A DNA stretch of 64,000 bases from Mytilus californianus (lineage: Eukaryota): assembly GCF_021869535.1 (NCBI RefSeq), contig NW_026262734.1:47306001-47370000 (forward strand), read 5' to 3'. Position numbers and translations under genes: made by a program. The stretch's first letter is position 1, and the number at the start of each line of letters is the position of its first letter. Of the stretch, positions 25,691 through 38,997 are shown one piece after another. The notes under the pieces are model-generated. The model was not told the origin of the DNA and searched no databases. It saw only the letters and a program-made list of their open reading frames with translations.

Positions 25691-28174
25691 TCCATTCTCC
25701 ATTTAATCAATAGGTAGAAATGGGTGTAGTATTTGTAAAAAATTGTTAAAAAAGTAATTAAATACTTGATCCATATAGTATTTGATGCAGATCTCAGGAT
25801 AAATATCAGGATGATTAAAAAGAAGATGTTTACACAATAAACAACTCTTCTTTTGGTCAAAATGATACTATTAAACGCAAGTGAAAACATTTGCACAACC
25901 AAATCCATGTCTACGCTTCAATTTCTACTTGATAAGTTTTAACAAGCATGATTTCAGCCTTTTCCATTTCCCTACACATGAGTCAGATTTCGAGTTGTAT
26001 CAAGATATTAAAAAAGAATTAATATAAAAGCTTCTTTTGACACAAATGTATATGTACAAATGAACACGATTCACTAAAACAAATATAATAAAAATTTTGG
26101 CACAAGTTGTTTTTTTTTTATAAAATGGTAAACATATCTGCGATGTTTAGTTGTATATTCGAAATGAATAGAATTGGAGCTTTGTACAATTACAAAACAA
26201 AACCTATTATACATTTACAAAACAAAGCCTATTATACATAAAAATCAGTTTTAAAAAAGAAGAAAGGGACAAGAAACCTTGAGTGTGAATTCAACTATTT
26301 CAACCATACGATTTTCCTGTTCCAGTTTCATTTATTTGCAATAGTGACACGCAAGGTGATGATGCTTAGTTCTGTGATAAATACGTTCCAGATGGCAATA
26401 TGCATCGGAGAGATTAAAGTCTGGTTGATAGATAATATCACTAGCTTTATTGTTGTTACATAATCTAGTACTGCATATGCGTTTGTTTAAAGGTCGATAC
26501 ACACGATAAAATTTCATAAAAATATCTAGTATTGTACGTTTTTGTAATACAAGATCCTGTTGTACACATGAACAGATAAATTCTATCAGATCAATTTGTA
26601 TAATGTTTTCCCGCAACAACGGTATCAGTCAATGTGACTATTTTTTTACTATGTATTTCAACTAAATTCTATGAAAAGTCAAGTTCTGATTCTAATAAAT
26701 ATGTTGGACTAGACTTTTAATCAAACGGAGAAATATATTCGGTGCACAAGTTGCATCAATTATTGGATGATTTGAGAATGGAAAATCAAATTACCAAAAG
26801 CCTTTTTATATTAAATCTCGCCATCTTTTTTGCGCATCTATTTTTGTTCACATTTTAGAAATATGTATTAGTATTGTACACGTTCTTCCAAACGACACTA
26901 GAATGGAACATTTCAAGTGAATAAAAATAAAAAGTCTCCAAAAAAATCTAACAAGGAGAGAAAATTTATCCATCCTCAATACAATCTTTTAGGATTTGCA
27001 ATAGCTTATAAAACATTGTATTTAGAATGTACACACGGCAAGAATTCATATTTTTAGTAAAATTATTATAATACAAATCGTATCGTGTGTACTGGCATTA
27101 ACGTATCTAATACAAACTCTTGTTCAAACCACCCAGTACAGAAGTTTCAAGGCCATCATTATTCTATAATTATAACCTAACTTTAACGATCACGATGAAA
27201 ATTGTTCTTCAGAACTACAACTGCGTACAATAAACAAATATATGACTTACTGTATGTTATATTTCTCTTTCTCTTATGACTCTAAATTTGAATATGACAT
27301 AATAGATTATACGATTTTCAGAAAATTAACACTTCTTCCTGAAATTTAAGACACATGAGATAAGCATAACCCTACTAACTGGTATGCATATCATCTTATG
27401 TTATCTTTCCGATAAAATATTTAAAAACAACAATGAATCGATTATATGGGAAATACAAGTTTAACACGTGATCGAATATCCCTTATCGCTTTAATCATAA
27501 ACTTCTATATTTAGTGATCTAAAAATCAATGTTTGTGACTTAATGCAGTATTGAGGTGGTTTTCTATTACTGGAGATGAATAATTTTATTGACAAAAAAT
27601 ATAGACAGTGAAAGGGAGTAATTGAAAAAAAAAGCGAAATATACTAAAGGGACAATCAAAATTCAGCAATCTTAGAACAACCGAAAACACCATGACAATT
27701 ACGACGGTAGGACAACAAGCCGTCTATAAAACACGTTAAACATGTGTTGCCCTGGAAGGGAAAGCTTATTTCCTTTGAACAACTGCCACTCATTGTGTGT
27801 TTTCCTACAATGTAATGTCATATCTGATATTTTTGTTGTTGGATAATTTGGTGATGACAGCAGATCTTTGATAGTTCCTATCTACTTTATTCAATTTTTT
27901 TAAATATGGAAGATTAAGCGCCGGGCATATTGTATAATAGACACTTGAATTGTATAAAAGACTATGTGCCCCATTCCCCTTTATCATCTTGTGTCGTTTG
28001 TTTCGTTGTGTGTATGCTTCATTGACGTATACCGCATGTCTCTTTTATTTAAATGTTGTCGATTAAAGTCATTTGTCCTTTATTTTCATGCGCTTTCAAA
28101 AAGACTGTTACTCTCAAAATTATTTTGTGAGTTCATCATGAAAATATAAACCTTTTGGTTTATTGTTTAATATA

Positions 28175-28770
28175 CTGTGAAAGTACTTTCATTCGTGGGT
28201 ATCAATTTTCGTGGTTTGAAGAAAAGTTTGTAGATTCCTAAATTCGTAGATTTAAGATTTTTGAGGGGAAAAAATAGTAGTATAAGTGAAAATTGTATAG
28301 GACAGCCATCGTAAACGAAGTATTTAGCATACGGAAATTGTGTTTCATAATGACTGCGTGATAATTTATTACCTTAACATTGTACATGTTGTAGCACAAT
28401 AAAGTATTTATTTTGATTTATATGTTTGTTAATTATTCTGTAACAGTCATCACCGGAAATACGAATGTTATCAAACTTAACACACTCTTCATTAGAAATA
28501 GAAAAAAAAGTAAAACAATTGCTTATTGAGGGTTTACAGCTTTCAAGGATATATTCTCTCTGCATTAATATAGAAAAATACAAGCGCTTTCATTCAAATA
28601 ATTTTATTGGTTATTTGCTCGTTTCCAAGTTTGGTCCTTCAAAGGTTACATTTCCATGTTTTCACTTTGCTCAAGTCATTGTATTTCGTTGGACACTAAA
28701 ATTCGTGGATAGAGAAAACCAAAAACAAAACACCAAAATTGGTACCCCACGAAAAAAAGTACTTTCACAG
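28175..28770. mobile_element. Tc1/mariner-type MITE with TA target-site duplication
   Basis: TA|ctgtgaaagtactttcattcgtggg ... cccacgaaaaaaagtactttcacag|TA. Confidence 0.75.
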
Positions 28771-31563
28771 TATAACTTTTTGGTATGTATTTACCCATAT
28801 TTTGCTGTTTTAAATCGTGTTTGCCCCTTAAGATTTTAGGTTTAATGTCAACCTAGTATACACTTGACCAAAGTTGTTTATGATCATACTACATATTTCA
28901 ATTTCATGCAATGGTTATAATTACACACGTTTAGAGTGCCTACTGTATAAAGTGAACTTACAAATACAATCTTTGTAAAATGTTTCACTTGCTACCAAAA
29001 AGTATTAGAGGTGTATATATTTATTTTTGATACCTCATATTTGAATGAAAAATTTACTAAAAAGTATAACAAAAATACCGAACTCATAGTTATATTCAAA
29101 AGGGGAAGTCCATAAAAACCGACAAAATTAAGTTTTAACAATCAACGAATCGAGTGAAAAACAACTGTCAAATTATACTCATATAAACAGAAAAATCAAA
29201 ATGACATGTAAAGTCGTTTCAAACAGATTTAAGTCACATATTAAACATATTCGTTATCATGAGTGACAGGTTATCCAAATCAATAAATCCTGTCAGAATA
29301 ACACCTAATCGAAGACATTCGTAACAAAATCAACCTAAGTTGATCTTAGATAGCCATGCAGTTTAATTATTTCAACGGTGTATTTGACTCTAATCTCAAT
29401 TAATTAGGATTGTCAAATTTCTACCAGAGGCCGGAGATTCTTTCCAGAGACTATGGCTTCAATCAACAAAATAAGTGGCAGTCATACTCAAACAACAATC
29501 AAATGACACGAAGAAAACAACTATAGACAATCGTGGGAGATCAACAATAGCCGCATATCCATACGATATGTGATCTACTGTTGAGGAGTCTATCGAAGTT
29601 GTGAATAATATAACAAAGATCAACTCAATACCAAATTCACATCAAACATTATGGACAATCACTTATGATGTTTCTTACTTGGAAAAGAAAATGCTCATGT
29701 ATTGGGGATGAACTAGCTTCCCAATCTCAAATTACTCCCTTTTAATCTCAGTAATTTGAATAACAAAATATTATTGGAAGAACGTACAATAGAATTGGTA
29801 ATAAGACGATGTGGTATGAGACAACAATCGAACTAAGTCAAATAACGTAGATTTAAGCAATTAAAGGTCATAGTACGGCCTTCAACTATGAGAAGAACCA
29901 ATACCGTCAGCCATTACAGGCTCCGACATGACAACAGTTGTAACAATTCAATCAAAAAAAACCTACCGTTCTGATAAATATAATAAATGAGAAACAGATC
30001 GATAAAACAGACAGCAAACAACAGTAACCACTGAACCACAGGCATAGGATTTTGACGTGGGACACATGTTGTTTTGTCGGAAATTTTAGTTTAGATTGTC
30101 CATGTGAAACTGAAATATCTAAATATAGAAAAGGACGATAATTGATCATGTTGATATTAATGTATGATTTATTTGAAGTAAGTTTCCTTTGATTACTAAC
30201 CGCAGTATAAATTGATTATTTCAAGCTGAAACAAAATTCACCAAGGTAACGGCTAGTGTTATCAAATCGGTCATTTTAACGAAATTTAGACAAATGTTCA
30301 CTACGTTTGGTCATGAGCTGTAAGTCGTAACAGTACAGGAACACATTTTGCTATTACAGGAGCGTTTATTTGTGCCCGGTTTAATGTAGAAACAAAAACA
30401 AATGTACAGGCAAAACCGAAATGAATAATGCATTATCAAAGCATGCTCCATGTTACCAAGAGTAACTTCAGCGGCTTCACCTGCTGATATGATATCATGT
30501 TGTCATCAACACAAGTATCAGCGCATGTACTTCAAAATAGGAAATACAACAACGACATAAACATCGTAAAGGGGAAAAAGATCGTGTTTAAGGCACTAGC
30601 TTTTCTGATCTTACTTCAGCTGTGATCCATTTAATGTTAGTTTGAGTTGCAAAAAGAAACTTTTTCCGTATGTTATATTTCACCTTCAATCAAAAACAGT
30701 CGTTTGAAATTTAATACATTATGTAATTGATACCATGTAACAGAATTATTGATTATTTTGTAAAGGTAATGACAAGATAAAAGTGTGACAATGATCTGGT
30801 TATTCGTGTATTGTTCACCTTGGATCTCAGGCAATTATTATGTCATGTTGATCTCTTTTTCAGATGACTGCACGCTAATTTGAATGTAACAATATTGTTT
30901 TTATACTGCAATAAAAAACGACTACAATTATACTTATGAAGATGTTAACACAAAAATAAAACGTATGTTCCATCCCTAACGAGCACCAATCTGTGAAGAA
31001 AGTTGACGTGACATGACATCGACATTGCACGAAATATTACTTTGTGACTATTCAAGTACATGTAGGTAAAGACAACAGGAAGTGTTGCAGTATAAATAAT
31101 AAATCAATGATAAGAAATACTTTAGTACAAGAATATATGTAGGAAAGAAAATCATGAAACATCATATTCCTCGAGGTGACAAATACACATTATGTGACGT
31201 CATGATAAAATGAATACTGCAACTCTTTTGAGTTATGTTGCTATCGAATCTGTTATTTGTGCTCGCTAAAGCCAAAATGTGTAAGTAAACGAAGAAAATT
31301 ATAAATATTCTGGTACACATGTAAATGAAGATTCATAAATATAACTGTATTATTAGAGTCTCTGGTTGTGGTTTTAATTTCTCTGATCTATAAACTTTTG
31401 CGACATTTGCCATAATTCTTTAAGTTTTAAGGATTAATTTTCTCTGTTCTTTAAGTCTTGTCAAGATCCTTTTTTAAAGATACTCGCTCTGAGTCTACTT
31501 GTAGCTCCTGTCCACAAAAACATCATGAGCGTGTAGAGTGATTAAACCATGCTAAAGGAAATT

Positions 31564-31609
31564 ACGCCAGACGCACGTTTTGTCTACAAAACACTCATCA
31601 GTGACGCTC
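31564..31609 (-). ncRNA. Minimal type I hammerhead ribozyme (PLE-associated), probably inactivated
   Basis: Minus strand: gagcgtca CTGATGA gtg-ttttgta-gac AAAA c-gtgc-GTC tggcgt. Stem I pairs gcgtca with tggcgt. Core GAAA reads AAAA (G12>A at 31581), and stem II has a mismatch. Confidence 0.8.
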
Positions 31610-32525
31610 GAATAAAACAGATAAAAGGTCAAAAGAAAAGAATGCCATATACATCATACACATCAGTATACGATCATATAAGCTTCAACAAGGTTAGGCA
31701 ATATTTTGTTTAAATAATACTAAAAATGGTCGTGTATTCGTTGACATATAACTTAATCGTGTTAATACTAAGCACTGTCTGAACTCAATTTATTTTAGTA
31801 ATATATTACTTTTATACAGTAACTGTACAGTGATTAAATGAAAAATCTCAAACAATCATATCGCACGTTTAACAACTTTTTGAAAATCAACGTATATTAC
31901 ATTTTCGGAAAGCTACTTTCACTTTTGATATATTGAAGTTTTACTTTTAAATATACCCGATTTTTAACAATGTTTCAATGTTTCTAAAAATAGGAATTAA
32001 TTCATGTCAGAGATAATAGCTAATATGAAAGCTGTTGGTTGTTGATGTGGTCTACTGTACTGTCCGTTGTAGTGTCCATTATTTTAGATGCTATTTATAA
32101 ATTATTAATCTTTTTAAATACAAGTTTTTAACAAATCATTGCGTGAGAAAAAAAACTTGATGTTAGATCGGGTGAATCAATATTCAATCTCAAAATAAAG
32201 TTCACATGATATTTTATCCTACGTAACCTTTACCAGTTGTCACTATCTTTATCATAGTACAGTATTTGAATGATATGCAATTTACATTATTGGTTTTTAT
32301 TTTTCTGTAAAAATTGTTGGGTTGTTTTTAGCGTGAGAATTATACTGCTGCTCCCATTCATTGGACCAAAACTTTACTATACTAATACCAGTATATGATA
32401 TTAGTTAATTACTGCACTTATAATATATATGTGCTATTTCCGTTACCTTGCATTTAAAGGAATAATTTACACTATTCTTCCTGTAATTATGTAGTAATAT
32501 TTGATAGTATGTATAACTGAAATGT

Positions 32526-33389
32526 CTATTCAATTAGAAGTCCGTTTATGAAATTAAATTTCGCATCATATAACTGTTGTCTGCTGAATGATTTTTGTAT
32601 TTTTGATTTTTGCTTGTATGATTTAAATCTTTTATCTTGCTTCTTGCGAATTAGAATTCTGCGAAACACAGGTTCATCTGCACCGTCCCATGGCAGCAAA
32701 AAGGATTCAACAAATTCTTCTGATTTCGTAGGTGGGCAATAATATTTAGGAGCGAGACAGAAGATATTTGGATTTTGTTTCATTGTTGTCCATGCTTCAT
32801 TTGATTCTGTCTCCCAATAACGGTGTTCAGATGAAACAATAACAAAGTCTTTTGTTTTTCTCACATATTCATCGATTAGTTTAGCGCATGCATGTACTCT
32901 CACCATGCATGGAATATAGTGAGAAAATATACAAATCAGATATGTTGTGTTTTTCCGATATTTTTGAAAGAACTGAGACCTCATTCTATCTAGAAATTTG
33001 ATATCATTTAAACATCTTGATGTCTCTCCGTTCAGATTACACATCACTCTACGAATGCGACCATCTGGGTCCAATAATCGTTCTTCGCCATGCATACTAG
33101 GATCTGGGAGGTTCAATAAGACAGCGATTCTTTCAAAACACAGACTGTAATTTTCAAAACAACCGACTTCGTCATTATCCCTTAGAATTCTTTCTAATTT
33201 ATTCCTAGGTTCAACAATAAATCGAAAATCTTCATTTTCAATTTCTCCAAGAGATACGATGGAGGCTACAACATACTGTTTCCGTTTCGATCCAATTTTT
33301 CGAAACAACAGAGGCAAGGATTTCTTACCAAATTCTCTGAGTAGTTTAAATAATTTTGCCACTGAATCAGTTCTCAATTGATTATTCAT
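32526..33389 (-). CDS. Putative Zn-dependent cytidine-deaminase-fold protein, AID/APOBEC-like, 287 aa
   Basis: H100-G-E102 (SMHGEERLL); hydrophobic strand YLICIFSHYIP leading to P160-C161-x6-C168 (PCMVRVHAC); then helix AKLIDEYV, strand FVIVSSEHRY and helix NEAWTTMK. This is the order expected in AID/APOBEC-like folds. An 864-bp open frame is unlikely by chance in such AT-rich DNA. Candidate acceptor ttcag| 5 nt upstream of the ATG; AATAAA about 225 nt after the stop. The family was assigned by motif only. Confidence 0.7.
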   Translation of the reverse strand: MNNQLRTDSVAKLFKLLREFGKKSLPLLFRKIGSKRKQYVVASIVSLGEIENEDFRFIVEPRNKLERILRDNDEVGCFENYSLCFERIAVLLNLPDPSMHGEERLLDPDGRIRRVMCNLNGETSRCLNDIKFLDRMRSQFFQKYRKNTTYLICIFSHYIPCMVRVHACAKLIDEYVRKTKDFVIVSSEHRYWETESNEAWTTMKQNPNIFCLAPKYYCPPTKSEEFVESFLLPWDGADEPVFRRILIRKKQDKRFKSYKQKSKIQKSFSRQQLYDAKFNFINGLLIE

Positions 33390-36294
33390 TAGGCCTGAAC
33401 CATGTATGCTTTAATATCCTTGTTTTTTAGTTGATTTTCACTTGTTCCGTTGATCGATTGATTTTGTCAGTGTTTATGGACTTCCCCTTTTTGAATTTGC
33501 CTTGGAGTTCGGTATTTTTGTTATACTTTTTTATCCAATATTTGTGAAAGTGAAAGTTGACGGACTAAACTTGTACCTAGAATTTTATAGATTCAAATGT
33601 TGATTTGTTCAAGTATTTGATAAACAAATTTACCATATCGAGTTATCTGTAACCAATCATGACAACCTGTATCTCATTCGGAAAATAGTAACTATACAGC
33701 ATACTGTAAGTAAACGTTTTTAAACAGGTTTTAAAGAGGAATCTTTCTCAGTGTTGATTAATTCGTCCAATTTTAGTAAAACAAATTCTGAATGCTATAT
33801 CTTCCATGTTAATATTTCATTCCATATCCCATGACGATGACAAATGATGACAATTTTGTATTTTATATCAGTTTGAAAATACTATTAAACTTTTACAAAA
33901 GGAAGTAGTTTAAAACATAGTAAACAAATATAAAAATATTTCATGGACTATTTAAGTAGCGTTAGAATATACTATTTAAATACTTATGTACATGTTTCGA
34001 GTTTATATTGGCGTAAACAAATCTGCAAACATGTGTACAAAATTGTATACAGGACACGGTATGTTTTCGATCTCCTTATTTTGGTGCTCTGTCTTTTTGG
34101 CAGCACGTCTAGTCCCATTCTTATACTATATATATTTGCATACTTTTTAATGTATAATTTCTTGATGAACTTCAACAAAATTATTCAATTGTTGTTGTAT
34201 GCAGATCTACATTTCAAGTTGAACTATGTTTTCACAGTTCCATTTCTTTTGATCGGTTTACACAATTTGTTACGAGCGCCTTGTTTTATTTTGTAGAAAG
34301 CCTTAAGCTTTTGATTCTTTAGTAAGTTATCAAATATCCCATTATATACGTACATTAATACTAAATAAATGAGTTAATGTGTATTAACAGTTAATAAGAC
34401 TGTGTGTAACAGTAACCCTACGGCACACACATACGAAAGGACATCTACATGTTAACTTACGATTTTTAGCAACAGACAAGTGTGAGACTATAACAGATAT
34501 GTCAGTACAAAATTTCCTTCATAAGAAATACTTCATAAGATATTACAAAATAAAAAAACAAACAAACAAAGAAGACCCTCTAGAGTAAGGACACGCAAAT
34601 AACAAATAATAACAGTGAACGGTCCCAATGTTTCCTGTTCCAGATAAGCATTTCTACAAATAAAGTCTTTTCAGTGATGCTAGATGGCAAAAGATTTGAT
34701 TTGAAACCCCAAAACCTTAAACATACGTTTGGCGAGCGATTTAGCATAACAAGGCCAAAAGTAAAGCTTATCCCGGACAAAGAAGTCAGTGCTATGCTTG
34801 ATGGCAAGTGGCTGGTGGTGTAAGTTAGCATCAATCCCCTTTATTATCTAGATCAAAGGAATACAAATGTAAATAACAGAACATACCATCAAAATCAGAT
34901 CAGGTAAGGCACTTTCCTCTATTATACCGGTAAAATAAATATCAATATAAATAAGTAGATGTGGTATGAGTGCCAATTAGACAACTCTCCATCCTAGTCA
35001 CAATGTATAAAAAGTTAACAATAATCATTATAGATCAAAGTACGGCATATAATTGTTAAACTCAAACCCATATTCAACAACAAAATCAGTACACTCCAGT
35101 ATAATATAATTGTGAATCGGGCTTCACAAGGGATGTTTTCTCATAGTCCCTGTGAAGTTCAGAATAACATATAATATTCTTACTGTAAAATGAATTGTAA
35201 AGAAAATATTACAGACATCTGAGAGATGTGCACTCCAAAGAAGGAGCTTACAAAATATCACCATCACAAATATGATAAAATAGGAAAGGCAAGTTCGTTC
35301 TGTTTGTCATCAAGTATCAAGACTACCATAACGGTCTTATAAAATTTACCAGATACATTTTAACATCCTATTTTCCACATAACCGAAAACATTTAGAATG
35401 GCATATTCTGCAATGAGGTGTTTTTTTTTCATTAAAAGTTCAGTTTACAAAAATTATCACGCGAACACTTTAACATAATACCATAGTCACGTTATACCGT
35501 GATAACCGGACTGTAGTTCACGAACAATTGGGTGTGTCAAATAGAATATTGATGGCTGCCTTCTGTATACAAATAAACAATGCAGTATAGCTGATTATAT
35601 CTGATTTTAATTTTTATATTTCTCCTTGAGACTTTGTATTTCTTTTACAGTTTACGTACAAAAATATTTCTCAACAATCTAGTAAAAAATTCATATGGAT
35701 TTTGAATATCATTCTGATGTCATTGCAGGTTATAGGTATAATATGTAAATAGAAATGCCTGAACTACTCACGTGATCTTATGCTAAATTAGCACACAAAA
35801 GTCGCCGTTTGAACAATATAAAATTACACTACCAAGTCCTGTCGGAATAGGAACATTAAAATCAATGCTCCTAGTAGAGTGAGCACCACACTCTCTGCAC
35901 GTTTGAGGGATTCTTGCAACGACTATCTGAAGGGTCCGTTGCAAGCATCGAAAAATAGTTCTGAATTTCTAATTTTGTATAAATATTTTGATTTGGCTAC
36001 TACAATATAGAATTATAACTATGCAGTGCGTGTATGTATACCTATCACTTCCGTTATTTTACAGTTATTTCCCTTATTATATCATCAGAATTTATTTTAA
36101 AATCATTTTGATCTTGTTCTTGTGTATACGTATTTTTTCATATATTTAAGTGTTTTAAACTTTATTCCTTCAATATGTCCTTTATTATCTGCTTTTTCTT
36201 TAAAAAAAAAAATATATATAAAAACGATTCGATGCCGCAAAAAGTTTCGCGCGTACAGGTCTGCTATGAACGTTTAATTGAACGATTTTTACTA

Positions 36295-36790
36295 TTATAG
36301 TGCCTAATAAGATTTTGAGAGTTAGACGAAATTGACATTTAAACGATCGTATTGAATTTTGGTGTCCAAGAAAAGGCAAATCGGACATATTTTGACTTTA
36401 TTTACTGACTACTTTTGTTTGGGATTAATTGTTATTATAACATGAGACTGAAAAATGTTTTTATTTGTTAAGATAAACAATAATTTTATCTGGCGTAGCC
36501 GTGCGTAAAATGTATTGCGGCATTTCTCTTCGAAAAATGACTTGTGTAATGGAATAAAACGTCTGATTTGTAAACTTTCTCTTTTTTTCTCTCCGGAATA
36601 TGCTATTTAAAAATAATTTATCTACTCTATATATGGAATATTTTGTGAAAATATAAGAAGTGGCAATACTTTCCTTTCATAACTTTAGTTTTATTGATAA
36701 AAAATAATATGGACTCGTCCAGTGTCCTGTTTGAAAGTTGTTTAAGTTACTGTTCACAGTCATGCATGTTCTGATTTTATCAAAACACGT
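36295..36790. repeat. ~500-bp sequence with an inverted copy at 57665-58176
   Basis: ggcaaatcggacatattttgactttatttactgactac..ggcgtagccgtgcgtaaaatgtatt..tctccggaatatgctatt; reverse complement found at 57665-58176. Confidence 0.8.
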
Positions 36791-38848
36791 GTATGAAAAA
36801 AATTAACAGTTTGAAGGTAAACTAATGAGAACTTGATCCAATCAAATTGCGTAAGATTCAAAAACAATGACTGGTCCACATTATAATAGTGATTTACGGA
36901 AAGTCTCGGTACCGACTGTTTACACCAATTTTGACAGATAGAATGAATGGGATCGTCTTAAAATTAAAAAAAGTACGAAGTAATTAGCATTTCAAGTTTT
37001 ATATAAGTTGCCAATAACTTTTAAACAAAATTTTACACAATGACTTATTAAATTCAATAAAGATTGTTGTCTGTTCACAAGTCCTGCAGAGGTCTCCGCA
37101 ATATGTCTGAGCTTTTGTCTTGCGTGCATCCATAAAGGTTTTCTATTGAAATTAACATGAGGAGATGTGGTATGATTGTCAATGAGACAACTATCAACCA
37201 GAGTTAAAATGAAATGGTATTAAGCAATTATAGGCCACCGTATGGCCTTCAATAATGAGAAACTCATTGCTGTATAGTCGGATATAAAAATCCCCGATAG
37301 GAAAAATTTGAAACAGTTCAAACGAAAAAACTAACGGCCTAATTTATAAAAAAAAAAAGAATCAATGAATCAACGACAACCATTGTACTACAAGCTCTTG
37401 ACTTTGAACAGTAACATCAATAATGTGGCGGGGTTGAGCATGTTTGTGAGCGCCCAACCCTCTTCTAACCTGGGAAATATTTGAATACATGCATTATTTC
37501 TGCTTTAATTGGGGCAACACGAACGTCGAAAATCAACGAGAGAACATGGTATGATGAATACGATTGAAGCCGAATTATATACAAAATATCCTGATTTTTT
37601 TGGAGATAATTTGTAGGGACTCCTAGTATCTTGTCATTTTCTCAATTTATACAAGAAAATAGTGGAATTCTAGATTCGTAAAGCTTTTTGATGAACAGAT
37701 TGAGATTGAGGAATGCATTTAATATCAAAAATGATATGTAACGTAAATTTTCTGGCTTAAAAAGTATTTGAACCCAATTTTTTGTCAGCACGGATTATAT
37801 GTTCCCGCTTCTGCCCCTCCCCCTAGTATACCCTTTCCACTATATTTCTAACGGAAACTGGACGTTTTAATATGTGTACACTATGGCTGTGTAGGTGTAG
37901 AAAATAAAAATAAAAAACATCATTCAACAGTACTTATCTGGCTTGATACACATGTGTATGAGCTTGACGACATATCCGATTTAAATGTTCTGTTTCGGAA
38001 TATCTGGACTCAAATTTTGCTGCTCATTGTCGATTGAGTATTAATATGCTTCGTTCATGGGACTGATTTTATTTATACAAAAATACCTTATGATTCAAGT
38101 GCGCCGTAAAAATTACATTTGAGACGACCCCTTTCATTTTATCTGTCAAAGTCGGTGTCAACAGTCGGTACAAAGACTTTCCCTAAATCTCTAATAGTAG
38201 ATAAGTATATACATATAGTATATAAAAGTAATATGGGTAAACTTGGTAGGGAGAAAATGACAGATAATTTAAGTTCATTTTTTGCAAAAACGAATAAGAA
38301 TTTGTCAACCAGTACTACACAATTCAATTGCCTCTATTTATGTATATATCTATATTTATACTGCACTCGTTCTATTTGAACAGTCAAAACGCGTTGACCG
38401 TATATTTCTATGTCATATACAGTCACTGACCTGATATCACTTTTCCTCATGAATATTTAAATAGAAATTGCCGAAATTATAATTAATTATTCATACGACC
38501 TAATCAACCTGTTCTTGTTTCCAATGTATACAACGACTCAAACTTATTTCTTTTGCAATTTTTAGAAAAAAAACATATTTCACTTGTTAATTTTTTTGGT
38601 TTGCAAACTATAAATTATTATGTTTTATGCTTATTGTTGATAATTTTAGTTCATTCTCAAACAAGTTCGTTCACCATCGATTGCGGGTTTCAACAGGTAA
38701 TGTACATTTCATTGTGTTGTATATTTCTCCGCCTGCATGATATGAGGCCTTTTTATAAAAGGGGGAAGTTTCCCAATATTTAAATCAAATAATAACATTA
38801 ACACATTAAACAACAATTGAAAATGTTTTTTTTTAGATTGCAGTATAA

Positions 38849-38997
38849 AGACAATAATAGTGCATTGACTTGACATATCAACGATATAAGGATTCGGCCC
38901 GAAACGGAGAAAAAGCTCGGCAGAGCCTCGCATTTCCCCGTTTCTAAGCCTCATCCTTATATCGTTGATATGTCAAGTCAATGCACTATTATTGTCT
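38849..38997. mobile_element. Palindromic MITE (~150 bp, 45-bp perfect arms)
   Basis: agacaataatagtgcattgacttgacatatcaacgatataaggat (38849-38893) is the exact reverse complement of 38953-38997. There is also an inner gaaacgg/ccgtttc pair. No clear TSD. Confidence 0.8.

Noticed and set aside
26332-26619. 95-aa His/Cys-containing ORF (HHHLACHYC)
   Set aside because: Non-ATG start, no recognisable zinc-finger spacing and no supporting splice signals. Not supportable without a homology search.
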